A stretch of 64,000 nt of DNA. Origin: Ascidiella aspersa (Eukaryota). Below, one piece after another: positions 26,701 through 39,834 of this stretch. Made by a program: the position numbers and the translations under genes. Every line of letters starts with the position of its first letter. Position 1 is the stretch's first letter. Under the pieces are notes generated by a model. It was given only the letters and a program-made list of their open reading frames with translations. It was not told the DNA's origin and searched no databases. The stretch lies in the NCBI GenBank assembly GCA_963924565.1, contig OZ004607.1, forward strand, positions 22,878,001 through 22,942,000, read 5' to 3'.

Positions 26701-29700
26701 CTCGGAAACTAAAAAAGTGGTAGATATGAAACAGTGAGTAAAATATAAGAAAAGGGAAGTTGACATTTACGTTGCATCTATATCCGCAAGTTGGTAAGGC
26801 AAACAAACGGACGAGCGCACAATTTCGACAAGCATCGCGTTGAAACCGCCAAACTAATATCTGTTTTGGCCTTTTAAAAACAGACTCTTGACAATGAAGT
26901 GATGTGATAACGTGGAAACGAGCTTAAATAAATGTAATTTCCCATCAGGGAACACAAAAACCGCAAAGGTTAAAAATACGAATGTTTACACTGAAGTCAA
27001 CACAAAACGCCCCAAGCGGTGAAATTGGCACAAGTTAAACGCAACGCTTTATCTTGACAAGAATGTGCTTCGCCCTTTCCTTAAAAGGTATAAAACAAAA
27101 TTCGCTGAACAGTTTATAGCAGAAAAGCTAGAAGACGATCGGTGAAGCGTGGTAATAGCGGTCTTTCCCAGACGTTTAGACTCGCATACTTTCTAAGCGG
27201 GCGCCTTTTGAAGCGATGTAAATATCTATTTTATGTTACCCCTGCTGAGCCAAAACAACAATTTGTCACAATAATGTGATATCTAACCCGGCCGTATGTG
27301 TTGCCGCGGTTTGCGATCGACGTTGAATATTAGATGCGACGTTTTGTAAGGAATATTGATGTTTACATTGATAAATTCGGCCTTATTGTACAACGCCCTT
27401 TAAGCAAACAAATCCTGCCAAACAAATATCGGACTACAACTAAACCTTAATACAATTTAAGTCTAGTCGAGACAAACTTGCTTTTAGTTGTATAACATCT
27501 TACACTATAACTCTTATAGCAGCCCTGTCGCCTGTTGTAATGACTGCTTTACGGTTCACTAACCTTCCCAGCAATATAATAACAGTCACAGAGTAAAATA
27601 TAAGTTTGTAAAGCTCGCTCTAGTTACACATAAAGCCAGTAGGTTCACTAACACTGCTTAAATTTGCTTGTCAGGTTAAATACTCAAGCAATGCCGTTAT
27701 TAATGTAGTAAACTTTTTAAACTATACAAAATAAAATATACATGTTGAATCATTGGCTGATGGAAGGTTGCAATAATCCTTTTTATCCACAACCTTCCAA
27801 ATAAGCTTAAAAATCATAATCATAACAAACAACTTAATAAAAAAACGCAAAACATGTAAATCATATTCAACTGGAGGGTTATACCAAATCAGAATAATAT
27901 AGGTTGTAATATATCCAACCAATCCAAGGAGTCATTAAAAATATGTGCTACTTGGAAAACTATAAAGTTTATTTTTATTTAAAACTTCCAATGTTAGTTG
28001 TCCAAGATAAACGTTGATACTTTTATGAAATTATGGTTCATTTTACACAAAAATCAAATTGGGCCGAACAACAAACCAATCTTAACTAACGGAACCTAGT
28101 ACAAACAAAGCTGTTTCAAAATTCACTTAAGCAAACATTCACGGCCTGAAGCTTGTCAAAACAATATCAGCAGTTGGGGAAATGTAGTTTAGTTTAACTA
28201 ATATAGTGTTAGGTAATATAGTGCTTTCCTAGCTGAACAACAATAAAAAACAACTACAACAAATATGCACATAATCCAAATTCAATATGTTACTACATGT
28301 GGAGCTTACAAATGAAACGCAAACATGACAAAAACAAATCACTCCTTTAATAGTATGGCACCAACACTAACAATGAAACTTGTCATGGACACACAATATA
28401 TAACCGCATTAAAATAGTGATGACATCTTGTTTCATGAATGTCATTATTAATGCAACAAAAGGCACTACATTTTAAGTTGAAACAAACTTTATTCCAAAT
28501 CATCACATTTATCTAACATGAAGTACAAATGTCCTTTCATAAACTGTGTGTCGTTTTTAATTAGGTTATCAACAACAAAGTGCCAAAGTTTGACTCTCAA
28601 TAAATCAAAATATAAAACTGATTTAACTTTGGGATACTTTGATAATATATTGTGTAAATGGTGGTCTAGCTACAATGGATTGTGTAGTAGAATGTCATAA
28701 TTGTTATATTCCTAGAATAGGGTGACACAAAAATACTTTTTATAGGCTTTAACTAATTCTGTTATTGATTAAAAAAAACATGTATTTTGCAAAGTTTTAA
28801 AGGATTGTTTTTAAGGTACCATCATCTACACATACAGTGTAAAGCAGTGATTCTTAACCAGGTAACCAATGGTCCACCTGGAATTTCTAATCGCCTCACA
28901 GAGTTCTTGTATTCTTTATTACAAATATTATTTAAGACCTGCGCATAAGAAAATCTTGTGCAGTTGTATGATATAAGTCAGCCTGGCATACCAATTATGT
29001 TCACTTAGTAATTTTTACACAATTTTTATTGGCCCATATTCATCACAAAGGAGGGGTATTGTGAGTGTTCCAGAGGATTTTTGTGAATTAGTTTGGAAGC
29101 AGTCTGTTGCCAGTTAGGCAAGAAAAATTCAATTTACTGTATCATTTTCATATGTGTTATATATATATTTTCAGATGCCAAATTAGGTATTCTGCAGCTT
29201 TTAAATCAGTGAATTGTCAGAAACGCCTGTTGATAAAGGAAAAGTGAGACACCATCACAAATTTTTATGTTTAGTATCAAATATGTCCTCAAACGTCAGG
29301 CTATTACTGGAACCAGTCGGCCTTATGGAGAATGTAGTGTATGAAAGGCCAAGATAGAAAAATCCAGCTTGGGTGAGGTGCCCATGTGGATTTGATGGGT
29401 CAGTTGCTTAACCTGGGCTGTTAATTCCCTAACATGAAGTTGTTTGCACAAACAGCATGCAGCTGGCATGGTACTATGGTACCTTGCTTCACAATTGAGT
29501 ATGCATAGCTCAGTCGCTAGATTGAGGCTTACTGGCATGGGTGTGCTTATGAGTTCAAACCTCACAGCAGACTGAATTTTTCTAGCTTGGCCTTGCTTGC
29601 CCTGCAATCCCATATTAAATAGTCCTTTAAAACAAGGTTAATGTTTGATCTATGTGAATTGATTTGACCACAACATTTATGCCATGAAATGGAAATTATA

Positions 29701-32298
29701 TTTGTTCCTACAAGTTGATACATTTTAACTATCAAAGTAGATGGTGGTACCCTAATATTATCCCTTTTTAGAGTTTTAAATTGAAATATTTAAGGCTAGA
29801 ACGACTTCTTCAGAGTTAGGAAACAGTCTATTAAGGTCACCCCAATCTTGGAAGGTGTTCAGGAAATTTCTTAAACATTTTAAGTATTTTATATACCAAG
29901 TATATTTAATAAATTATGTTGTTAAAATATATCTAATAAGCTACATTCTTATGTCATGTATATTATAAATTACAATAATAAATAACTATAAATGTTATAA
30001 ATTATGTAGGCTTGGTCAAACCATAAGTAGTGCTAATACAATCAAAAAAAGTTTGGTTAAAGCCAAAAACTACTGCAGTTTTCCAAATAGCTTCTGTTAA
30101 AAGTGACCACCACAGAATCAAAGCTGGCACCAGGCCTATATCAAGCAGCGTACAGCAAAAAACCTGCATCTAGCTTGACCATCACTCAAAGATGTAGGTT
30201 GCATTTAAACAAACAACATGCTCCTAAAATTGAACGCTGATGCTTCATTGGCTATTTACAGGCCTATGCATGCAAGGTGGGTGTAATTTGCTATACAACA
30301 TTAAGAAACAGCAGATATTGAACACACTTTCACTCCACTTCATGCAATGTAAGTAAATTCAGCCACAAAATAATTTGCTGGAGCTGTTCAGATTGTTCCA
30401 GGACTATCTCTCTTTAGAACAAGTCGTACATTTAGCGAAATACTCCATGTGCTCTATTCCGAGTTTTCAATACAAATAGATTACCCCCATGTTTTGCGAA
30501 CATATTAACTTTAAATAAAATTTTATGAAAATTTTTATTATTATTTTTTTAAACCATTATTAATCTTCTATTCATAGAGGATGATAAGATATATGTTAGA
30601 CTGTTACTTAGACAAACATTTCCTATTTAGAGAAAAATCAACATAGATGGTGTACATATATTATATATTATAGCTTTTTACTGTTAATTCAACTGGCTAA
30701 TATGTTTTGTGTCAGAACATGCTTGATGAAATCAAAATAAAATTGCTAAAAAATATTGCAAAAGCGCATTGCACTGAACAACACTACCACTAAGAAGTAT
30801 ATTATTCTATGATAAATTGGTTACAGAAATGTTCATGAATTCTTGCTGTTAAGAAGATTGATGAAAACCTTCCTAACATATGTTTCTTAATTTCTTCAAA
30901 GGCATTGTTCCAGTTTTGCTCTTTGTCAATCATATTGTTAATTAGTGAATTAAAACATGTCATTAAGAGCAGGCTTAGTGATGCAAAACATAAGAACAAT
31001 TCTCAAACCCCCACAGACACATGCAGATCCAGCCTTGGTGCATCATTACACAAGGCAGATGCATTTAAGTGGGTGATCTATTGTGACAATACACACGATG
31101 CAGCCCAAAACCAGAGAACACAGACCAAAAGCCAACCACAAAATAAATTAGTTAGTACAATACAAACACATGAAAGTAGGTTATATTGGCGAAGGGTACC
31201 ATTCAAAAGAAAAGCCACGGCCTCACAGGGATTTGCTTTAAACTACTGTACCACAAAATGAAGCAAATATGTAATAAATGAAGTAATTGCATTCCACTGA
31301 TGATCATTAAGAGAGTATGGTGACACAGACAATAAAGATTTCCAAGCTTTTTTCAATTTGTGTGTCTGTGCCAAACTTTACCTCATTTTTAACTTTCCCG
31401 ATTTTGAACTGCTGCCCCAGCGGGGAGACAAAGCACTTATTCAACTCTGCAAACATTGTGAAGAAATGTGGTTAAGTACACTAATGTGTCAGTTTGAAAT
31501 AAATGCAACTTACAATTTAGGAAACAAATAGTCAAGACAAAATTAATGTAAATATATAAATGACATCTCACTTTAAGTACTCTTAACCTAGTATATAATA
31601 CAGTTTTATAAATCAGTTAAACTCTGTATCTCAACTATTTATTTATTAGTATAGTATAGGAGTGAAAAAAACATAAATAGATTAAATATTTTCGACATAC
31701 CATATTAAAATAATAATGCGTAGTGTAGGTATTCAAAATGTAAACACATATATCTATGTTTACAAGTTAGGTCAGGGTTTAATACAGTAGCCGCAAAACA
31801 TTTACAATTTTGATTTATAAAACTTTTTATAAAAGTGAACAATACATAAAAAAAATTTCTCCCAGAAAATGAAATGTGCAACCCCAGGCCCCTGATTGTA
31901 CTTTAGCATGCCCCTTACATATTTGTTTATGTCACAAAAAATTTTGAGCCCACAGTGCATTTTTTCTTACCTAATTGACTTATTAATAGCCTTGTTTATC
32001 GCCTAAACATAGCAAGGTTGATACATTCCTTAGGCGAACGCATTATTTAAATTTAGGGGTGCGACAAAAAAAAAGAAGAATTTAGGCCCAAAATGCTTGT
32101 CACTAGAAGGATGTCAAGATTCTGCCAGTCTGGTTATACTTAAAATTATGAGTATCTACATAAAATGTTAGGACATAATTATTACACATATTTATGTCTC
32201 CATAAACTTTTAGCTATAAATCAAGATGTATGTACTTGTTCAATGTCTTTATAAATTTAACACATATATATATATAAAAGACAATTTCCTATTGTGAG

Positions 32299-33254
32299 TA
32301 GGGATGCTCAAAGTAGAATCCCAAGATATTCTAGAATAATAGGTTTCGAATCTAGAATAACGAATCCAGAATAGCGAATCCTAGTATATTTTTATTAAAT
32401 TATTTAACCTCGATTTTGTTTGGGGTAGGGATTAATCTTAATGTACCCTACAGGACCCACAATCACAGCAATAAATCGCCCAAACAATTTTCTAACATGT
32501 GTACATAATAATAAAAAAAAACTCCCATATGTTCAACATTCTTAACAAAGTTCTGTCATTTGAAGCAGTTGTGTAAACTGTAATATGTCAACTGTCCAGG
32601 TTGCTAAACTTATATTTTTGCCAATAGTGAGTGCAATGCAACACTGCACACAGAAGTCTTAAGCAATTCGGTCCTGTTTTTTCAAGCATTGTTGGGTCTT
32701 GGGGCTTATTTTTTACTAACGTGATCTGTTATGCAGTCAAATAATGCACTGCAAAGAATACAAAGTTACTATTGATTTAACGAATTTTTGACAATTAAAC
32801 TGCGCATAACTGCACAACCTCGCTGAATATTGGCCTAAAGTTGACCTTAAGTAACCCTATAGCGCATTTTGTGGACGGCCAGCACGTTTTACACCGTAAT
32901 GTTACTTTTCCAACTTAACGCATTTAGAGAAATTGCGAACTCCACACCAGACATTACTCGTTGATTGCTCGTCCAATAATGCTTGATTGACACTTAATTA
33001 TTAGACGCGGTAATTGGTCGCCCGAAAAAACGCTGACATTGCACTACCAGGTTACATTTAAAGCAAGCACTGTAAATTGGTCGCCGCAGCTAGAGGCCAA
33101 CTTACCGCACGCGTTTGTGCAATTAGGCGCAACAATCCGCGGTAAAACATTAAATTATATCGGTTTCAATTACCCGAAATAAACGGCAGAATTGGATTCG
33201 AATCCCATTTGGATTCGAATCCAAGGATTCGATATTCTACTTTGAACATCCCTA
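32299..33254. mobile_element. Non-autonomous hAT (Ac-like TAGGGATG ends) element, 956 bp
   Basis: TIR TAGGGATGCTCAAAGTAGAAT / ATTCTACTTTGAACATCCCTA (1 mismatch). Perfect 8-bp TSD attgtgag. Subterminal GAATC/GATTC repeats at both ends. Confidence 0.9.
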
Positions 33255-35139
33255 ATTGTGAGTAATTAAAAAAAATAGTGACATCCTACAGTTTCAGCTC
33301 AAATAGGCCTGCGACCTTTTTTCATAAGCCAGTAAAAAATTAATTTTTTTTTTGCCCTCTAATTAAATTTCCCGAACAAATTGCTGCATTTGTTCCCTTT
33401 CAGATAGCTGATGTGAGTGCCCTAACAATGCTATACCTTAATTCCGTGTTTTTTTCGTCACAAAATATCAAATGTAACTATTAGTATAACTGCTAAGCTG
33501 TGGCGATCCAATACTTTTTAATTGACATTTTGTTGTAAATGACCAGAGACAATATTATAAATAACTCAATTTAATTGTTGAGTTTTAGATTGTTGTGGGA
33601 ATTTTTATTAAATTTTGGAAAAATCTTGTTTAAAAATATTCAAATAAATCTAACCATGTGAACTACTGCAGTTGGTGACCCAACCGAATCAACCGGCAAA
33701 CTACGGATTTAGATGCACCGTCCTTATTTTTGTTAAACAGAAAATTACCAATAGTAATACAAACATGCATATAAATACCTCTTTCAAGTTTGACATTCAA
33801 GAACAGTTAAGATCAGGCTTGAGATTCAAGTTGAAAATCAAAATTAAGTACCTATACAAATGGTTTAACAAAGTTCATCAATACACAATCTATAAAAGAG
33901 AAAAATAATATTTTAAAACATAGGTTGCAAATAGTTTTTGTGTAATAAAGTGCCTTTAGATCTTCAATTATGTGCCAAAAAGTTTGTCAAAATATTTAAT
34001 TTTTATATACAAAACTATACCACAAATAACATATTCTTGCATTATTGTTTACTGTTCTAGTCAAGCTATTCTATATAACACAACTCAAATGCAATTTTTC
34101 TAAAAGCTAAGATTTTATCCTCATTAATCAGTAGTAGTTGTGATGTTAAGTAAAGTAACGTTGTACTAATTTGCATGTTATTGTCTAATGTAACAGTTTT
34201 TTAGTGTAAGATTTTACATTTTATCAGTGTGCCCGTCTGAAAAGTATGACATATTTGACAGGATCTCGCGATTGCACATTTCCAAACATCAGAGTGACAG
34301 GTGTTTACATGTGGTAGTATTACATATAATTTTCCAGGTTTTGCATAATTTCAATGATTTTTTCGGAAATAGATTTAAATTACTTTGTTAGCCAGGTAAA
34401 TCAGGTGCCTATAGGCTATTTGACCGGATCCGTTTGTACAGTGGTTCTTAATTAAGTTTGAAAAGGCTATTTCAGAGTTTCCATGTGAATGTCCTCCGAA
34501 ACATTAGCACATAGTTTACTTAAAGCTCTGTGAAAACTTCGATACTTTTTTCTCTGTTATTTGTATACTTTAAGGAATCTATTAACGCTATACACTATGA
34601 ATATTATGGCATGTTTCAACAATGCTTCTAGAGTAATATAAGAGTTCGACAGGGTAACTAACAAAAAAGAACTACTGCGTTAGTGATTATACATGTCAAT
34701 TTGAACTCTTTTGGTGTCTGGCCAGACTTAAGAAAAATACTTAAACCTAAAAAAGAAGGGAAATTGTGGTAGGATATGCAACCTAAGGTATGCAAAAAAC
34801 ATGATTGCACACCTGCACACTTTTAAAATTTGGTGCTGCACACCCGAGATCTCGCTGTGGAGTGTTATGAAACCTACGTACATTCCATAATTTGTGTCCG
34901 CCAAAGATTTGCTCCAAAATTTTTTAGGTCGAAATCCTACGCCAAAAAACAATAAATATGCAAAAAACAACAATTTTGGGGGGTAAATTTACTAGGCTGG
35001 CAATATTGCACACCAAATGACGTCACTGGCGTGATTTTGGACAATCATTCATGCCAAAGATCTCTGGCGGAAAGGTATTGTAATGCAACAGGCCATGAAA
35101 TACAGACTTGGTGTCTGGGTAAATAGCCTCTCCCTAAAA

Positions 35140-35458
35140 CAGGGGTACTTGAACTGGGGGTCCATGAACTAGTTTTAGGGGGTCCATGAAGGTCTAATTG
35201 AAATGTTAGTGTATATTTAAGAAGCAATCAATTTTTAAAAGAAAAGAGTTTAATGAAAAAAACGGTTTTGTACTGAATGTATTCTCCAACTCCATTTCAC
35301 TTTAACACTTTTGGACCAAAATAAGCAGGTTTTTAAAGCCTATTTGTCTTGTGACATCAATTTATGACATCATCTCTGAAAATTTCTTGCCTACTAAGGT
35401 CCACGCGAAGCAAAACGAAATTGGGTGTCCGTGATAAAAAAAAGTTTAAGAACCCCGG
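35140..35458. mobile_element. Degenerate hAT-type MITE
   Basis: Ends CAGGGGTACTTGAACT / AGTTTAAGAACCCCGG, subterminal GGTCC repeats, imperfect TSD ccctaaaa / tcttaaaa. Confidence 0.55.
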
Positions 35459-35511
35459 TCTTAAAAAAAGCCTGGTGCACTTGCCAACATACGTTAGGCA
35501 GTGGCTAAGTG

Positions 35512-36364
35512 CAGTGATTCTCAAAGGGAGTGTCTCCCTTTGGGGGGATTTGCTTAATATAAAACTTAAAGTACCGTAGCTTATCTGTGGACAATAAGCT
35601 GTTTTAATTGTGTTAACTATGCCATAATAGACTCTTTTTTGTTTGATTTACAATATCTATTGTGTAATACAAGGGTGTCTTTTTTATACAGTTTGTTAGT
35701 TTTGCTTATAATTTTATAAATACGTAAAAGTAAAGGGGAACACACAATAAGCCCTAAAAAGCAACAATACCTAAACCAGAAAAATGTGTAAAACTATAGT
35801 ATTAAACCAATGACATAATACAGCCAAATATGCAGTAATATCCAGTACAGCAATCAAGCATAAGATCAAAATTGTCTGAATAAGGCCTAAATTCATCGGA
35901 ATAAGGCCTAGGTTCATCGCAATAAGTCTAAATTCATCGGAATAAGGCCTAAATTCGTCAGAATAAGGCCTAAATTTATCGGATACAACCTAAATCCATC
36001 AGAATAGGGCCTTAAGGCCAAAGAAAAGCAAAACCGGACAGTACAGATTCACATTTATGCCAATTTAATCATATCCTGGTTACCATGGACAATGTTTTAT
36101 TTTGGTAGGCCTTCTAATCACCATACACATATTGAAGATAATGTAAATTTCGTTCGGAAAAATAGTTATATGCATTTTTGTATTGGTTTTCAATTGTAAT
36201 ATACCCTACTTTTGCAATGTTTACTGTTATCTCTGAGATAAATCATAAAAACGCATATACTGTGAAATTTGGGCAGTATTTCTTTTTGTGATTTTATTTG
36301 GAGGAATTAACAGTGTTTGACTCTTGGGACTGGGAGGAATTGAAAAAACTTTTGAGAACCACTG
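35512..36364. mobile_element. hAT-type MITE containing an internal minisatellite
   Basis: TIR CAGTGATTCTCAAA / TTTGAGAACCACTG. Flanks ggctaagtg / ggctagtg resemble a TSD. Confidence 0.6.
35878..36011 (+). repeat. 21-bp tandem repeat (about 6.5 copies of GAATAAGGCCTAAATTCATCG)
   Basis: Head-to-tail copies with small substitutions and no spacers. Confidence 0.85.
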
Positions 36365-36406
36365 GGCTAGTGTTTATACATAAGTCCATAAGATAACTAA
36401 AAATAA

Positions 36407-36608
36407 GGCGCTGGTCTAGAATCCTACCACATTATTAAAACAACACACAATATTTGAGTTAGGGTGTCGGTTAGTGTTTGGGTAAGGGTGGGTCAAGTAT
36501 TAATATATTCATTATTTAATAGTAATACTTGACCTACCCTAACCCAAACGCTAACCCCGCACCCTAACCCAAATAATTTGCATTGTGGTAGGATTCTAGA
36601 CCAGCGCC
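36407..36608. mobile_element. Fold-back (palindromic) MITE with telomere-like inner arms
   Basis: 24-bp perfect TIR GGCGCTGGTCTAGAATCCTACCAC / GTGGTAGGATTCTAGACCAGCGCC. Imperfect inner arms contain GTTAGGG and CCCTAAC motifs around an AT-rich loop. Confidence 0.8.
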
Positions 36609-37336
36609 AAAAATAACACTGTTTGTTAGGCAATAGCGATTAAGTGTACATACGTTCTGTGCTGAATCCTTTAAATTCGTGTTCTTAACTGCGTATACAC
36701 GGGGTTTACTTAAAATAAAGCAACCACGAAAACTGTGACTTCCTTCCTCCACTCTTTGCTCAGGGTTGACTGTTCGCAAGAAATGCGCCCCTAAAGGCTG
36801 AAAAAACAAAAACATTTAAGCCACCTAGCGGAATTCGTGATTTTTAGCTTCGTACTGACCCTCTTTGTTTGTTGGGGAACTTGCACATATTTTACGGTCT
36901 TGGTTTGTTTTTTTGCCTGAAGTTAACGATTGCACACTGTGGTTTCGCAGCTGACGCCTGACAGGATTATCGACGACGCACGTGCTCGCTTTTGCTCGAC
37001 GTATTTGGCTGTTTCGAGTTTTTTTATGATGTCTTGCAATCACCATTCTATGACGTCATACTGTCACTGTTTTATGACGTCATTATTCATTAACGTTAGA
37101 CGAAGAATAGGGGAATTCCATAAGTTGAAAATTTAGGCCCCCCTTTTTGATTTTCTGGTTACGCCCCTGATTGACCCCCACTGGAAAGCTGCGCCACCAC
37201 GATTTTAGAGATACAAGGTTAAATAAAAGAGACAATGCTACGCGCTACCAATAGGTTTTGATTTGGTTGTGCCTCCAAATGGCGACTCAAACGTAATTTT
37301 ACGAATCTTGACAAATTCGCGCACACAGGTTTAAGT

Positions 37337-37656
37337 CAATGTTTCTCAACCTTTTGTGGCTAGCGGCACTTCTCAGAAATAACAAATAGATTGCCGCACC
37401 CCTGCAAGATTTTTCCGTAGGTAATTTACTAGAATGTCACAACAAAAGGAAACTGGTACAACATACATCAACTCTACACAACGTCGGAAGGTAGGCCTAT
37501 AATTGGATTTATTCCACTCTAATGTTTACAAAAGAAGTTGTAGGCTAAGAGTTAAGCAAAAGTCAGATTTTTAAAGATTTTAAAATAACTCTAGGCACCC
37601 TTGAGCATTAGAAATGGCACCCCAGAGTGCCGCGGCACCCCGGTTGAGAACCACTG
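37337..37656. mobile_element. hAT-type MITE, 320 bp
   Basis: TIR CAATGTTTCTCAACC / GGTTGAGAACCACTG. Perfect 8-bp TSD gtttaagt. GGCACCC subterminal repeats. Confidence 0.88.
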
Positions 37657-37714
37657 GTTTAAGTAATGGAACAAGGTAGCATGGCTATTGACCCAAATTT
37701 TACCGTGTTGCTCA

Positions 37715-39834
37715 TGATGCAGGCGGGGCTAATTCAAGTCTCATTAGTGTCTTTAGTCTCAATGATTCACTTCACTTGTTCGTGGTAAAGTCTTGTTCAA
37801 ATTGAATTATTCATCTTCTGATTCATACTTCTAATATGCTTCGTATTAAACCTTAGCTCAGAAAACAATCACTCGACCTTGCAGCAGCAACCATTCTGTT
37901 TATTAACTGGACAAGACTGGATTGGTATATATTGATATAACGCGCTGCTTATAAAAGGTGATAATTTGCATGAACAAAAACAAAGGCGACACAGAAAAGC
38001 GGAAATGTTTCATATCCCGAAGCCTTTTTGTCAGCCGGGAACTGTTACAATAACGCGTTCACACAGGTGAAATACTTTTATCTACAACGGAAATATGTGT
38101 CACGATATAACATTATTCATGTGTGAAACAGCCGAATGCTTTGTTCTAAGAATGACAGCGAGTGTTTTGTAAAAGGCGTGAAAAAGTGACAATTCATAAA
38201 TCGTAACATATTTGATAAATACACAATGCAATAAATTCCAAATTATCCACTAATTATTACTTATAACGCTACAGACACTCCAGCACAAAAGGAATTGCCG
38301 TCGTGAATATAACATGGCGGCTGCTTCGGAATTAAATTCTAATGATTTTTAACATTGAGCAACATCCCTTATAAATTTGCATTTTTTTTTAGTTTGCACA
38401 ATTTGTTCAATGTAAGTTTTAAAATAACGACGAATCACAAGAAAATACGCTTTGAAGTTGTTGCTTATTCACTATTGCTTTCAACAAAAGGCAGGAAATG
38501 GGGTGTTCCTAAAGTTGTGATTTGAAAGCTAATGTTTCGCATGTGGATAAATCGTTATGCTTTTTGATTAGAGGTATTTAAACTCGTGTGTAAACGCGGC
38601 TGCGTGATGAGAGAAAAACAGACAAAAACCCAAAACGTACCAAATGTTTAAAAGAATTCGGAAATTTAACACGAAATTATTTCGTGCACAACAAAATTAA
38701 GTCGTGATTCACAAGTTTAACGCGTTGATTTCAAACTATTGAGCTCCAAGAACAAAAATTAAGCTCGTTTAAAATTTATTAAAAGATCGTGCGATTGACG
38801 TTTAAGCTTAGACTTCATAGATATAGACTATACATAATTTGCGAAATGCGATACATAATGGTTTAACCAAAAGTCACATAAAAGCAACTTACAGACCTTT
38901 CGGTCTATATTTTTACTTATTATATATAATATATATATATTTTCAAAAGTATAATAGCTTTTCACCTGATAAACTAGGCAGAATCAGTTATTGTGAAATC
39001 CATAATTCCGTTTCGTTTTCCATGATTTCAAACGGTGGTGATGTCTTTATCGGCAACGCTTGTTTGTATTTCGTGTTTCGAATTCCAAGCAAATGCTTTG
39101 CTGACGCTATGGAGCGTCTTGCGACGTATCTTTCGACGAGATCAATTCTTCCAACAGCTAGCTTCTTGCAGGTGCCAAACACAATAGATTTCAGGCGATC
39201 GTTTGTAGGTGGTCCGTACAGATTAAGGCACATCTTCTCTTGAGCTTCGTTCGTCACTCGGAGGGCATCATTTGACGCAGGCGGGGCTAATTCAAGTCTC
39301 ATTAGTGTCTTTAGTCTCAATGATTCACTTCACTTGTTCGTGGTAAAGTCTTATTCAAATTGAATTGTTCATCTTCTGCTTCATAATTCTAATATGCTTC
39401 GTATTAAACCTTAGCTCAGAAAACAATCACTCGACCTTGCAGCAGCAACCATTCCGTTTATTAACTGGACAAGACTGGATTGGTATATATTGATACAACG
39501 CGCTGCTTATAAAAGGTGATAATTTGCATGAACAAAAACAAAGGCGACACAGAAAAGCGGAAATGTATATCATATCCCGAAAGCCTTTTTGTCAGCCGGG
39601 AACTGTTACAATAACGCGTTCACACAGGTGAAATACTTTTATCTATAACGGAAATATGTGTCACGATATAACATTATTCATGTGTGAAACAGCCGAATGC
39701 TTTGTTCTCAGAATGACAGCGAGTGTTTTGTAAAAGGCGTAAAAAAGTGAAAAATCATAAATCGTAACATATTTGATAAATACACAATGCAATAAATTCC
39801 AAATTATCCACTAATTATTACTTATAACGCTACA
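37715..39834. mobile_element. LTR-like / TRIM-like unit: two direct repeats of about 560 bp (37715-38273, 39273-39834) around a core of about 1 kb
   Basis: The repeats are about 97% identical (roughly 15 differences counted by eye), can be bounded TG...CA, and are flanked by ctca on both outer sides. Each copy has TATAAAA and AATAAA. No clear PBS or PPT. Confidence 0.5.

Noticed and set aside
35878-36011. 21-bp repeat array as a CRISPR-like locus
   Set aside because: The units are contiguous with no unique spacers, the context is eukaryotic and there are no cas genes. It is a minisatellite inside a MITE.
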